64,000 nucleotides of DNA from an uncultured Actinomycetota bacterium. Lineage in GTDB: Bacteria; Actinomycetota; Actinomycetes; Propionibacteriales; Nocardioidaceae. The position numbers and the translations under genes were made by a program. This document shows positions 23,030 through 32,609 of the stretch, one piece after another. The notes beneath the pieces are model-generated. The model was given only the letters and a program-made list of their open reading frames with translations. It was not told the origin of the DNA and searched no databases. The stretch is taken from positions 57,085 to 121,084 of the forward strand of contig CAVQJS010000001.1 in NCBI GenBank assembly GCA_963712875.1, read 5' to 3'. Position 1 is the stretch's first letter. Every line of letters begins with the position of its first letter.

Positions 23030-23526
23030 CCCTGCTGGTCGGACTCCGCCAGCGCCTTGAGGTTGAGCAGCTGCTTGCGAGCCATGACGAGGTCGCCGAG
23101 GCTCGCCGCGGGCGCCAGCCAGTGACGCATGTCGGCCACCACCTTGAGCAGCAGCCGCGTCTGCGCTCCAGCCGGCACCACGACGTACGACATGTGCGCG
23201 CCCATGATCCGCGCCGTCAGCTGCTCGCCCGGCTCCACGGCCACGACCCGTCCCTGGTCGCGCCCGAAGGCCCGGGTGAACGGGTCGCCGACCACCGGGT
23301 CCGGCACCTCGATCAGCTCGCGGGGCGAGCGTCGGCCGAGGTTGTCGACGAGGTCGTAGGAGTAGGGGGCGAGGCGAATCTGGCGTACGCGTGCCCAGAC
23401 CGTCTCCGGCTCGGCGTGGATGGTGACGCCGCGCCAGGCTTCGAGGCTCGGGTTCTCGACGAAGTCGTCGCAGGCGTAGTGCAGCCGCGTCTCCTCGTCG
23501 CTCACGCCCCATCGATCGCCGATCAT
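23026..23526 (-). CDS. Hypothetical SRPBCC/polyketide cyclase-like protein
   Basis: RGVTIHAEPETVWARV...YSYDLVDN...GDLVMARKQLLNLKALAE pattern. Confidence 0.65.
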   Translation of the reverse strand: MIGDRWGVSDEETRLHYACDDFVENPSLEAWRGVTIHAEPETVWARVRQIRLAPYSYDLVDNLGRRSPRELIEVPDPVVGDPFTRAFGRDQGRVVAVEPGEQLTARIMGAHMSYVVVPAGAQTRLLLKVVADMRHWLAPAASLGDLVMARKQLLNLKALAESDQQG

Positions 23527-23627
23527 GTGTAGATCGTCGCACCCACCCGCGATCCGCGGTCCAGTCCGCTCTGGTGCGCGGGATCCGCGGGCCGGACAAT
23601 CGGCAGAGGCGATCTCGGGGAGGCGAC

Positions 23628-24357
23628 ATGCTGCAGGTCATCGGAGCAGGATTCGGTCGGACGGGCACGGCATCCACGCGGGCGGCCCTCGAGGTTCTGC
23701 TCGGCGAACCCTGCTATCACATGTTCGAGGCACTCGCCCACCTCGATCACCACGGCGCCTGGCTCGCTGCTGCAGCGGGCGACGCCGACGCGCTCACGGG
23801 TGTGCTGGACGCCTACGGAGCCACCGTGGACTGGCCGGGCTGCTCGCTGTGGCGGGAGCTGATGGAGGTCTACCCCGACGCCAAGGTGCTCCTGACGGTG
23901 CGCCCGGCGGATCGTTGGTGGGAGTCCTACTCGGACACCATCCACCAGCTGATGCTGCAGCCGATCCCTGACGAGGCAGAGGTGGGACCGGAGCTCGCGC
24001 AGCTCTCGATCTTCGGCCACGTCCTCACCAAGCGATCGTTCCCGGCGCCGTACGACGAACAGTCGCCGGCCGACCTGCTGGCTGCCTACGAGCGGCACAA
24101 CGACGAGGTGCGCGCCGGTGTCCCTGCGGACCGGCTCCTCGAGTACGACATCACCCAGGGCTGGGAGCCGCTGTGCGACTTCCTCGAGGTGCCCGTGCCC
24201 GATCAACCGATCCCGCACGAAAACGATCGCCGGGCCTTCCGCGAGCTCTTCGGGTTGGGGAATCCACCCCGAGACGCCCGACGTGCCCTACAGCAAGGAG
24301 CAGTTGGAGGGGCACTTCCGCGGGGCGGGGCGGAGCAGTGGCCAGCCACCCTCCTGA
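23628..24357 (+). CDS. Sulfotransferase-family P-loop protein (Sulfotransfer_4-like); probable indel near the 3' end
   Basis: LQVIGAGFGRTGTAS...CYHM, DWP, YPDAKVLLTVR and GWEPLCDFL motifs. Confidence 0.82.
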
Positions 24358-24379
24358 CGTCCCCGAAGGCGTCTCGATC

Positions 24380-24684
24380 TTGATGTTTTCTGGACGGTGT
24401 GGGCGTTGTCCGTCAGCTTCGACAGGTCCGACCGCGGGCGCCTGGACCTGGGCTTGAGCAGCGCCGGCCACTTGGCCCTTGCGCGCTTGCGCAGCTCGCA
24501 GAACGACCTGCGAGAGATGCCGTACTCGGCGCAGAACGTCGAGACCGCGCCGCCCGTGGCGTGTCATCAGGGCGACGGCGCGATCGCGAGGCGGACACGA
24601 GGATCGATGGATCCACTGGTAGCCACCTCCGATCCTCGCGGCAGAAGTGTCACCTCCAAGACCAGGACCTTGTCACCGATGTCG
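24380..24684 (-). mobile_element. IS481-family insertion sequence relic (5' fragment of transposase plus end repeats)
   Basis: Minus strand reads IDPRVRLAI..PDDTPRG.AVSTFCAEYGISRRSF.ELRKRA...PRSRRPRS with indels; two TGTCACC repeats at 24648 and 24671. Confidence 0.6.
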
Positions 24685-24716
24685 GTGGTCAGGCGTAGAA
24701 TCGAACACATGATCGA
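24680..24716 (+). promoter_or_regulatory. PafBC-type (RecA-NDp) promoter plus LexA SOS box
   Basis: TGTCGG-N10-TAGAAT (24680-24701) abutting TCGAACacatGATCGA (24701-24716), which covers the ATG at 24709. Confidence 0.75.
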
Positions 24717-26141
24717 GCAGCTGACGGCAGGAGCCGGAGCGGGGACCGGGGTCGATGACGACCTCGACCCGGCCGGTCTGCTGGCCTCGATCCGTCGTGC
24801 TCGTTCGGCCGAGGACGCCGCGGCTGCCCGCCAGCTCGACCTGGCCGCCCGGTGGGCCGACCTGCACCCGCCGGAGTCGATCCACTCCGCCGCGTCGTTC
24901 ACCGCGCGTGGGTGCGAGCACGAGGAGCCCATCGCGGGTGCGGGGTGTCCGGCGGTGGCGGAGTTCTGTGTCGCCGAGCTCGGTGCCGTGCTCGGTGTGT
25001 CCACGACGGCGGCGAAGCGGCTGATCGGCCACGCCCTCGAGCTGCGGCACCGTCTGCCCCGGCTGTGGGACCAGGTCCACGCCGGGCGGGTGCCGGCATG
25101 GCGGGCCAGGCTGGTCGCGGAGGCCACCATCCACGCCACCCCGACCCTGACCCCTGAGGCGGCCGGCTGGGTCGACACCCAGGTCGCCGCCGTGGCCGGG
25201 AGGGTCGGTCCCGCGCAGCTCGACCGGCTCGTCGCGGAGGCGATCAAGCGGTTCGAGCTGGCCGAGGAGGAGCCGTTCGACCCCGACGGATGGCAGAAGG
25301 TCGACCCCCGCCACGTCACCATCGACCGCGACCAGGCGCACTTCGCCGGGACCCTGCACCTCGAGGCGGAGATCGACATCGCCGACGCCCTCGACCTCGA
25401 CCGGGCCCTCGCCCACGGCGCGGCGACCCGCCATGCGCTCGGGTCCACCGCCGTCGCTCGGTGCCCGCCGGGCGATGGCGCTTGGTGACCTGGCCCGCAC
25501 CCAGACCGCCCTCGACCTCCATACCCAGGGCAGCCGTCCGGCGGGCACCGTCCCAGAGGGCCTGCCGGTTGCCCGGGAGGTGGTGCTGCATGCCCACTTC
25601 GCCGCCACCACAGAGGGCGGAACCACGGTGTTCGGGCCGACCGGGCGCCTCGAGGAGGGCCAGCGGCTCATCCTGCTCGACCAGGTCAAGGGCTGGTGTG
25701 CGGACAGTCGGACCAGGGTCACCATCAGGCCGGTCATCGACCTCACCACAGAGCACACGGCACCGGGGTATGCGATCCCGGACCGGGTCCGGGAACAGAT
25801 CGTCCTTCGCGACGGGACGTGCGTGTTCCCGTGGTGCAGCCGACCGGCACGCGTCGTGCGATGTGGACCACGTCGTCCCCTACGACCACCACGCCGCCGC
25901 CGAGGGCAGACCCCAGCCCGGACCCACGACCACCTCGAACCTCGCGGCGTTGTGCCGGCATCACCACCGGCTCAAGACCCACACCGCCTGGCGCTACACC
26001 GTGGTCGGTCCGGGCGAGTTCGAGTGGACCAGCCCCCACGGCCACCGCTTCCACCGCGACCCCTCCGGCATCCACCGCGATCGAGCCACCCGAGCCGCCA
26101 GATCGAAGATGACCCCGCCCCGCACCCCGCCACTCACCTGA
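24709..26141 (+). CDS. DUF222/13E12-repeat HNH endonuclease (two indels)
   Basis: VAEFCVAELGAVLG...ALELRHRLPRLW; RDGTCVFPWC...CDVDH...NLAALCRHHHRLKTH..W...WTSPHG. Confidence 0.85.
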
Positions 26142-26276
26142 TGGCGGGGCCACAGGCATGTGCAGCTTCTCACTGGGTGGCCCCATGGGCGGCGCGGGAG
26201 GCGGCGTTCAAGGAATCCTCCCGGTGAGCGGATCCAATCGGTTGGCACCCGCCGCGCGAACCGGAAGGATGCGAGG

Positions 26277-27203
26277 GTGAGTCAACTCCACGGCGACGGA
26301 TTGTCGATCGACGTCACGCTGGTACGTCGCCTGGTCGATACGGCGTTCCCCGAGTATGCCGGTCACGACCTCACGCCGACTCGCGACTCGGGTTCGTCGA
26401 ACGTCCTCTTTCGCCTCGGTGAAGACATGCTGGTGCGGCTGCCACGACAACCGGGTGGGGGCGCAACCATCGACAAAGAGGCACGATGGCTGCCCTTCGT
26501 GAATTCTCGTATCACCTTCGCCGTTCCAATGGTCCTTGGCGTCGGGGAGCCTGAGCTGGGCTACAGCGAGCGCTGGGCAATCACTCACTGGCTCGACGGT
26601 GCGCGCGCGACACCTCCGCTGCCAGGGCGGGTCAACACACCGCCTGCTGGACTCGCAAAGGACCTCGCTCAGTTCGTGACGGAGCTGCGAGCGATGGAGG
26701 TTCCCCCTGAGGCCGCAGGCGATGAAACCCTGGGGTGGTACCGGGGACTGCCGCTTGCGTCCCTGGACGCTGACTTCCGCGACGCTGCGGCGGAATGCCG
26801 CGTGCTCGACCTGGCAATCGACATAGACGAAGCGCTCCGGGTCTGGGATCGCGCGGTCGAAGCCTCCGTCGCGGCCGATGCGACGGTCGGCTGGTACCAC
26901 GGTGACCTGTTGGCCGAGAACCTGCTGTTGAACGATGCAGGACGTTTGGCAGCCGTGCTCGACTTCGGGGGCCTTGCCATTGGCAACCCGACGGTGGACC
27001 TGATCGTCGCTTGGGAGGTCCTCGATGAGGAGGGCCGTCGCGAGTTTCGGAGAGCCCTCGACGTCGACGACGCCACGTGGACTGCTTCCAGGGGGTGGGC
27101 ACTGCTCATTGCCATGATCACGTTCCCGTACTACGGCGCGACCATGCCACGTCGCTGCGCCGACCGGCTCGCGATGGCGCAAGCGGCGATCGCTGCCGCC
27201 TGA
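26277..27203 (+). CDS. Aminoglycoside phosphotransferase (APH)-family kinase
   Basis: GSSNVLFRLG, WYHGDLLAENLL and AVLDFG motifs; visibly more A/T at third codon positions than neighbouring genes. Confidence 0.85.
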   Translation: MSQLHGDGLSIDVTLVRRLVDTAFPEYAGHDLTPTRDSGSSNVLFRLGEDMLVRLPRQPGGGATIDKEARWLPFVNSRITFAVPMVLGVGEPELGYSERWAITHWLDGARATPPLPGRVNTPPAGLAKDLAQFVTELRAMEVPPEAAGDETLGWYRGLPLASLDADFRDAAAECRVLDLAIDIDEALRVWDRAVEASVAADATVGWYHGDLLAENLLLNDAGRLAAVLDFGGLAIGNPTVDLIVAWEVLDEEGRREFRRALDVDDATWTASRGWALLIAMITFPYYGATMPRRCADRLAMAQAAIAAA

Positions 27204-27392
27204 GATCGGCGCCCAACGCGCCATGGGCAACCTCGACCCGCCAGAACGAGCTCGAGCCGGTCACGAGGCACGGCGTCCACGATCGAGACGGGGTGCCTCG
27301 CCATCCCGACCAACCGCGCCACCCGCCCGGGGTGCGTCTCGTGGCACCACCGGCGGTGCGGATGGCTCGCTCACCACTCCTAGGATCGACCC

Positions 27393-28139
27393 ATGCCCAG
27401 CACCCCCGACGACCGCTACCTCGAGCTGCTGCCCGCCGTCGACATCAAGGGTGGCCAGGCCGTGCAGCTGGTCCAGGGCGTCGACGGGTCGGAGAAGCGC
27501 TTCGGCGACCCGATCGAGGCTGCCCTGCGCTGGCAGGAGGCAGGCGCCGAGTGGATCCACCTCGTCGATCTCGACGCCGCCTTCGGGCACGGGCACAACC
27601 GCGAGCTCCAGGCCAGGATCGTGGGTGCCCTCGACATCCAGGTCGAGATGAGCGGGGGCATCCGCGACGACGAGTCGCTCGAGGCAGCCATGGCGACCGG
27701 GTGCCGGCGCGTCAACATCGGCACCGCCGCCCTCGAGCAGCCCGAGTGGTGCGCCCAGGCGATCGCGCAGCACGGTGACCGCGTGGCGATCGGCCTCGAC
27801 GTGAGGGGTACGACGCTCGCCGCGCGCGGCTGGACCCGTGAGGGTGGCGACCTCTACGAGGTGCTGGCCCGCCTCGACTCCGAGGGTTGTGCGCGCTACG
27901 TGGTGACCGACGTCAACAAGGACGGCATGCTCCAGGGCCCCAACCTCCAGCTCCTCCGCGACGTGTGCGCGGCCACCGACAAGCCGGTCGTGGCGAGCGG
28001 CGGCGTCACCACCCTCGACGACATCGAGGCGCTCATGGGTCTCGTCGACGACGGTGTCGAGGGCGCGATCGCCGGCACCGCGCTCTACGAGGGCCGCTTC
28101 AGCCTCGAGGACGCGCTGGCGCTGACGAAGGGCACGTGA
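27393..28139 (+). CDS. priA: Phosphoribosyl isomerase PriA (HisA/TrpF-type)
   Basis: [39 protein letters not shown] and [15 protein letters not shown] motifs. Confidence 0.93.
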   Translation: MPSTPDDRYLELLPAVDIKGGQAVQLVQGVDGSEKRFGDPIEAALRWQEAGAEWIHLVDLDAAFGHGHNRELQARIVGALDIQVEMSGGIRDDESLEAAMATGCRRVNIGTAALEQPEWCAQAIAQHGDRVAIGLDVRGTTLAARGWTREGGDLYEVLARLDSEGCARYVVTDVNKDGMLQGPNLQLLRDVCAATDKPVVASGGVTTLDDIEALMGLVDDGVEGAIAGTALYEGRFSLEDALALTKGT

Positions 28140-28141
28140 GC

Positions 28142-28588
28142 ATGGACTTCACCGAATACCACACCCGGTTGGCCGCCTACGTGCTCCTCGTCGACGAGCA
28201 GGACCGGGTGCTGCTCGCGTGGTGGAACGGAGAGGGGCACAGCACCCCGGCCTGGTCGCTGCCCGGTGGCGGGATCGACTTCGACGAGTCGATCCGCGAC
28301 GGACTGGTGCGGGAGGTGTTCGAGGAGACCGGATATCGCGTGGAGCCGGGAGCACTGCTCGCCGAGAGCTTCTTCACCGGTCGAGGGAGAACCTTCGACG
28401 GCTGGTTCCGCTCCCAACGGCTCGTCTTCGAGGCAACTGTCACGGGCGGGGAGCTGGGCACCACCGAGGTCGACGGCTCGACCGACTACGCCGCATGGGT
28501 GCCGCTGGCAGAGCTCGACGCGCAACCACGTACGGACATCGTCGACGTCGCCCTGGCGGCCCGCAGCGCGCGAGTGGGGCAGCCATGA
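28142..28588 (+). CDS. NUDIX hydrolase
   Basis: Intact Nudix box [24 protein letters not shown]; alternative GTG start at 28136 overlaps the priA stop. Confidence 0.88.
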   Translation: MDFTEYHTRLAAYVLLVDEQDRVLLAWWNGEGHSTPAWSLPGGGIDFDESIRDGLVREVFEETGYRVEPGALLAESFFTGRGRTFDGWFRSQRLVFEATVTGGELGTTEVDGSTDYAAWVPLAELDAQPRTDIVDVALAARSARVGQP

Positions 28589-29346
28589 GTCTCTCGGTCC
28601 GCGTCATCCCCTGTCTCGACGTCGACGGCGGCCGGGTGGTCAAGGGGATCAACTTCGTGGAGCTGCGCGACGCCGGTGACCCCGTCGAGCTGGCCCGCGC
28701 CTACGACGCCGAGGGGGCCGACGAGCTGACCTTCCTCGACATCTCCGCCTCCCACGAGGGCCGCGCGACCACGATGGAGATCGTGTCGCGGTGCGCCGAG
28801 GAGGTCTTCATCCCGCTCACCGTCGGCGGGGGAGTCAGCAGCGTCGAGGACGTCGACCGTCTGCTTCGAGCCGGCGCCGACAAGGTCGCGATGAACACTG
28901 CGGCCATCCACCGCCCCGAGCTGATCGCGGAGGTCGCCGACCGCTTCGGCAACCAGGTGCTCGTCCTCAGCGTCGACGCACGTCGGGCCGACGGCACCGA
29001 CTCCGGCTTCGAGGTCACCACCCACGGCGGACGCAAGAGCGCCGGCCTCGACGCCGTCGCGTGGGCGGCCCGCGCCGCCGAGCTCGGCGCGGGGGAGATC
29101 CTGCTCAACGCGATGGATGCCGACGGCACCCAGGACGGCTTCGACCTCGAGCTCATCCGGGCCGTACGCCGTGAGGTGAGCATCCCGGTGATCGCCAGTG
29201 GTGGCGCCGGTGCGGTCGAGCACTTCCCGCCCGCCGTGGACGCCGGCGCGGATGCCGTACTGGCCGCGACGGTCTTCCACTTCGGCACCCTGCGGATCAG
29301 CGACGTGAAGGCAGGTCTGCGCACGGCTGGGCACCCGGTCCGCTAG
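28585..29346 (+). CDS. hisF: Imidazole glycerol phosphate synthase cyclase subunit
   Basis: [33 protein letters not shown] and PVIASGGAG motifs. Confidence 0.97.
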   Translation: MSLSVRVIPCLDVDGGRVVKGINFVELRDAGDPVELARAYDAEGADELTFLDISASHEGRATTMEIVSRCAEEVFIPLTVGGGVSSVEDVDRLLRAGADKVAMNTAAIHRPELIAEVADRFGNQVLVLSVDARRADGTDSGFEVTTHGGRKSAGLDAVAWAARAAELGAGEILLNAMDADGTQDGFDLELIRAVRREVSIPVIASGGAGAVEHFPPAVDAGADAVLAATVFHFGTLRISDVKAGLRTAGHPVR

Positions 29347-29468
29347 CACCCTGTGGATGACCGCTGCCGAGTGTCGGCCGGTCAATCCAGACTCGTCCTC
29401 ATTCCCAACCCGTTCGAGTGGGTGGGACGATGAGGAGGTCGGATGTGTCGCACGCGTCAGGGGTTGTC

Positions 29469-30011
29469 ATGCCGGTCACGTCGGTGGAGCGACGAAGGAT
29501 GTCGGTGGACGACTTCCTCGCACTGCCCGACAACGTGCGGGCCGAGTTCGTCGACGGTGTGGCCATCGTGACTCCGCCCGGGACGTGGGAGCACCAGGGC
29601 GTTGCTCTCGTGGTCGCGATGGCACTGAAGTCCGCTCTGCCGGATCTCACCGTGGCCACCGAGTGCGGTGTCCGCACCAGCGCGTCGAGTTTTCGGATAG
29701 CCGATGTGGGGGTCGCCGATGTGACACCCGAAGGCAGATTCGCCGAAACACCGCCGCTCGTGGTGGTGGAGGTTCTTTCGCCCAGCACTCGCTCCGAGGA
29801 CACGGTGCGCAAGTCGACCGAGTACGCCGCAGCCGGTGTTGCTCAGTACTGGATCGTCGACCGCGACGCGGGATCCCTGACCGCCTACGCCAACAACGGA
29901 GCCGGTTGGGACGTGCTCCTCGAGCTGGATGAGACCCAGCAGCAGGGGAGGGTCGAGATCGGGGACCACGGGCCCGTCGAGCTTGACCTGGTCAGCATCC
30001 TGGCTGGCTGA
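29469..30011 (+). CDS. Uma2 family PD-(D/E)xK endonuclease
   Basis: EFVDG...P....HQ, ADVGV, LVVVEVLSPST...D...K..EYAAAGVAQYWIVD motifs; start uncertain. Confidence 0.88.
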   Translation: MPVTSVERRRMSVDDFLALPDNVRAEFVDGVAIVTPPGTWEHQGVALVVAMALKSALPDLTVATECGVRTSASSFRIADVGVADVTPEGRFAETPPLVVVEVLSPSTRSEDTVRKSTEYAAAGVAQYWIVDRDAGSLTAYANNGAGWDVLLELDETQQQGRVEIGDHGPVELDLVSILAG

Positions 30012-30088
30012 GCGTGGTCCGCTGGCGCTCCCCGGCTCCCGTCTGAGATCGGTGGGCCACCTGGTCCGCTGAGTTCTAGGATCTGCCC

Positions 30089-30964
30089 ATGCGCTCCCTG
30101 ACCAGCCTCGCCGCCGTCGCCCTGCTCGCCACCACCTTCGCCGCGTGCGCCCCCGCGGACGAGGCCACCGACGACACCGATTCCACCACGTCGGACGAGC
30201 CGTCCGCGGCGGAGGACTGCACCCCCGACACGATGGAGACGATCGCCGACGGGACGCTCAGCATCGCGACCGACGACCCGGCGTACGCGCCGTGGTTCGT
30301 CGACAACGACCCGACCAACGGGGAGGGCTACGAAGCCGCGGTCGGCTACGCGATCGCCGAGCAGCTCGGCTACTCCGACGACCAGGTCACCTGGGTCAAG
30401 GTGCCCTTCAACAAGGTCGTGCAGCCCGGCCCCAAGGACTTCGACTTCGACCTCAACCAGGTCTCGATCACCGAGGCCCGGCGCAAGGCGGTCGACTTCT
30501 CCTCCGGCTACTACGACGTGGTCCAGACGGTCATCACCAACGCCGGCAGCTCCATCGACGGGGTCACCTCGGTCGCCGAGCTGGCCGACGCCAAGCTCGG
30601 TGCCCAGGTCGGCACGACCAGCTACACCGCGATCACCGACCAGATCCAGCCGTCCGAGGACCCCGCCGTCTTCGACACCAACGACCAGGCCGTCCAGGCG
30701 CTCCAGAACGGCCAGATCGACGGCATCGTCGTCGACCTGCCCACCGCCTACTTCATGACGGCCGTCCAGCTCGACGACGGCGTGATCGTCGGCCAGCTCC
30801 CGCTCGCCGACGGTGAGCCCGAGCAGTTCGGCGCGGTTCTCGGCAAGGACAGCGCGCTGACCGGGTGCATCACGGGTGCGGTGGACGCGCTGCGCGAGGA
30901 CGGCACGCTCGACCAGCTCAATGAGGAGTGGCTGGCGCAGCAGGGCGCTCCCGAGCTGTCCTGA
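30089..30964 (+). CDS. Polar amino acid ABC transporter substrate-binding lipoprotein
   Basis: Lipobox FAAC; SBP family 3 motifs NQVSITEARRKAVDFS and GAQVGTT. Confidence 0.9.
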   Translation: MRSLTSLAAVALLATTFAACAPADEATDDTDSTTSDEPSAAEDCTPDTMETIADGTLSIATDDPAYAPWFVDNDPTNGEGYEAAVGYAIAEQLGYSDDQVTWVKVPFNKVVQPGPKDFDFDLNQVSITEARRKAVDFSSGYYDVVQTVITNAGSSIDGVTSVAELADAKLGAQVGTTSYTAITDQIQPSEDPAVFDTNDQAVQALQNGQIDGIVVDLPTAYFMTAVQLDDGVIVGQLPLADGEPEQFGAVLGKDSALTGCITGAVDALREDGTLDQLNEEWLAQQGAPELS

Positions 30965-31827
30965 TGCCCGACCAGGTCGCCGACGCCTGGCAGCCGTCAC
31001 CCGTCCAGACCGAACGCGACGAGTGGCGGCGCCGGCGGACGTTCCGCAGCGCGGCCATCGCCGCCGGGAGCACGCTGCTGCTCCTCGGCGTGCTCAGTGC
31101 CGTGGTCTTCAGCTCGCCCGGCTGGGAGCGGGTGAAGGAGACCTACTTCGACTGGGACAAGGCCGTCTCGTCGTTCCCCGCGGTCCTCGAGGGCCTCTGG
31201 CTCAACATCCGGGTGATGCTGATCTGCTGGGTGCTGATCCTCATGGTCAGCATCACCGTGGCGATCATCCGCACCCTGCGCGGGCCGGTCTTCTTCCCGA
31301 TGCGCCTGCTCGGGACGGCGTACGTCGACATCTTCCGCGGCCTGCCCCTCCTGCTCGTGATCTACCTCCTCGGCTTCGGCGGCCCGGCCCTCGGGCTCAC
31401 CGGCGTGCCGGTCTCGCCGCTGTTCTGGGGGTGCACGGCACTGGTGCTGTCCTACTCGGCCTACGTGGCGGAGGTCTTCCGCGCCGGCATCGAGTCGGTG
31501 CACCCCAGCCAGCGGCTCGCCGGCCGCTCGCTGGGCCTGTCCTACCCCCAGACCCTGCGACACGTCGTGCTGCCGCAGGCCTGGCGCCGCGTCCTGCCGC
31601 CCCTGATGAACGACCTCGTCTCGCTCCAGAAGGACTCCGGCCTCATCGCGGTGCTCGGGGTCAGCGACGCGATCCGCAAGGCCCAGATCGAGACGTCGCT
31701 CGACTTCAACTACACGCCGTACGTCGTCGCCGGGGTGCTGTTCTGCTGCCTGACCATCCCGATGGCGCGGCTCACCGACCGGTACGCCCGCAAGCAGGGC
31801 TTCCACGGAGCGGGGGGACTGATGTGA
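30964..31827 (+). CDS. Amino acid ABC transporter permease
   Basis: YVDIFRGLPLL, AYVAEVFRAGI and LPQAWRRVLPPL motifs. Confidence 0.9.
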   Translation: MPDQVADAWQPSPVQTERDEWRRRRTFRSAAIAAGSTLLLLGVLSAVVFSSPGWERVKETYFDWDKAVSSFPAVLEGLWLNIRVMLICWVLILMVSITVAIIRTLRGPVFFPMRLLGTAYVDIFRGLPLLLVIYLLGFGGPALGLTGVPVSPLFWGCTALVLSYSAYVAEVFRAGIESVHPSQRLAGRSLGLSYPQTLRHVVLPQAWRRVLPPLMNDLVSLQKDSGLIAVLGVSDAIRKAQIETSLDFNYTPYVVAGVLFCCLTIPMARLTDRYARKQGFHGAGGLM

Positions 31828-32558
31828 GCGCGCTGCTGGAGGTCTCCGGGGTCCGCAAGTCCTTCGGGTCGCACGTCGTTCTGCGCAACGTCGACCTGGC
31901 GGTCGAGCCCGGGCAGTGCGTCGTCCTGATCGGGGCTTCCGGGTCGGGCAAGTCGACGCTCCTGCGGTGCGTCAACCTGCTGGAGGTGGTCGACGACGGC
32001 GTGATCACCTTCGACGGCCGCGACATCACTGACCCGCGCGTGGACGGTGACGAGGTGCGGTCGCGGATGGGGATGGTGTTCCAGGCCTACAACCTCTTCC
32101 CGCACCTCGACGTGATCGGCAACGTCACCATGGCCCTGCGCCTGGTGCACGGTGTCGGGGCCGAGGAGGCGCGTACGCGTGGGCTGGCGATGCTGGACCG
32201 GGTCGGGCTGGCCGTCAAGGCGACCGCTCGCCCCGACGACCTGTCCGGGGGCCAGCAGCAGCGGGTGGCCATCGCCCGGGCGCTGGTCGCCAACCCGCGG
32301 CTGATGCTCCTCGACGAGGTCACCTCCGCGCTCGACCCCGAGCTGGTGGGGGAGGTGCTGGACCTGCTCGGCGAGCTCAAGGCCGAGGGCGTCACCATGC
32401 TCATCAACACCCACGAGATGGGCTTCGCCCGCGAGGTCGCCGACCAGGTCTGCTTCCTCCACGACGGGGTCATCCACGAGTCCGGTACGCCGGCGGAGGT
32501 GCTCGGCAACCCGAGCGAGGAGCGGACGAGGGCGTTCCTCTCCCGCATCCGGGCCTGA
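31824..32558 (+). CDS. Amino acid ABC transporter ATPase
   Basis: GASGSGKST, LSGGQQQRVAIARAL, DEVTSALDPE and THEMGFA motifs. Confidence 0.92.
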   Translation: MSALLEVSGVRKSFGSHVVLRNVDLAVEPGQCVVLIGASGSGKSTLLRCVNLLEVVDDGVITFDGRDITDPRVDGDEVRSRMGMVFQAYNLFPHLDVIGNVTMALRLVHGVGAEEARTRGLAMLDRVGLAVKATARPDDLSGGQQQRVAIARALVANPRLMLLDEVTSALDPELVGEVLDLLGELKAEGVTMLINTHEMGFAREVADQVCFLHDGVIHESGTPAEVLGNPSEERTRAFLSRIRA

Positions 32559-32580
32559 GCGTGCGAGGAGATTGGGCCGC

Positions 32581-32602
32581 TGTCGGTCGTCAGGCATAAC
32601 CT
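32581..32602 (+). promoter_or_regulatory. PafBC-type promoter motif before the ABC exporter pair
   Basis: TGTCGG-tcgtcaggca-TAACCT, 7 nt before ATG 32610. Confidence 0.55.
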
Positions 32603-32609
32603 GACGGGG

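Noticed and set aside
26277-27203. Calling the APH-family gene an aminoglycoside resistance determinant
   Set aside because: Only the generic kinase fold is evident; substrate cannot be inferred from sequence
27204-27380. Possible gene remnant between the APH gene and priA
   Set aside because: Short peptides with no motif I can support
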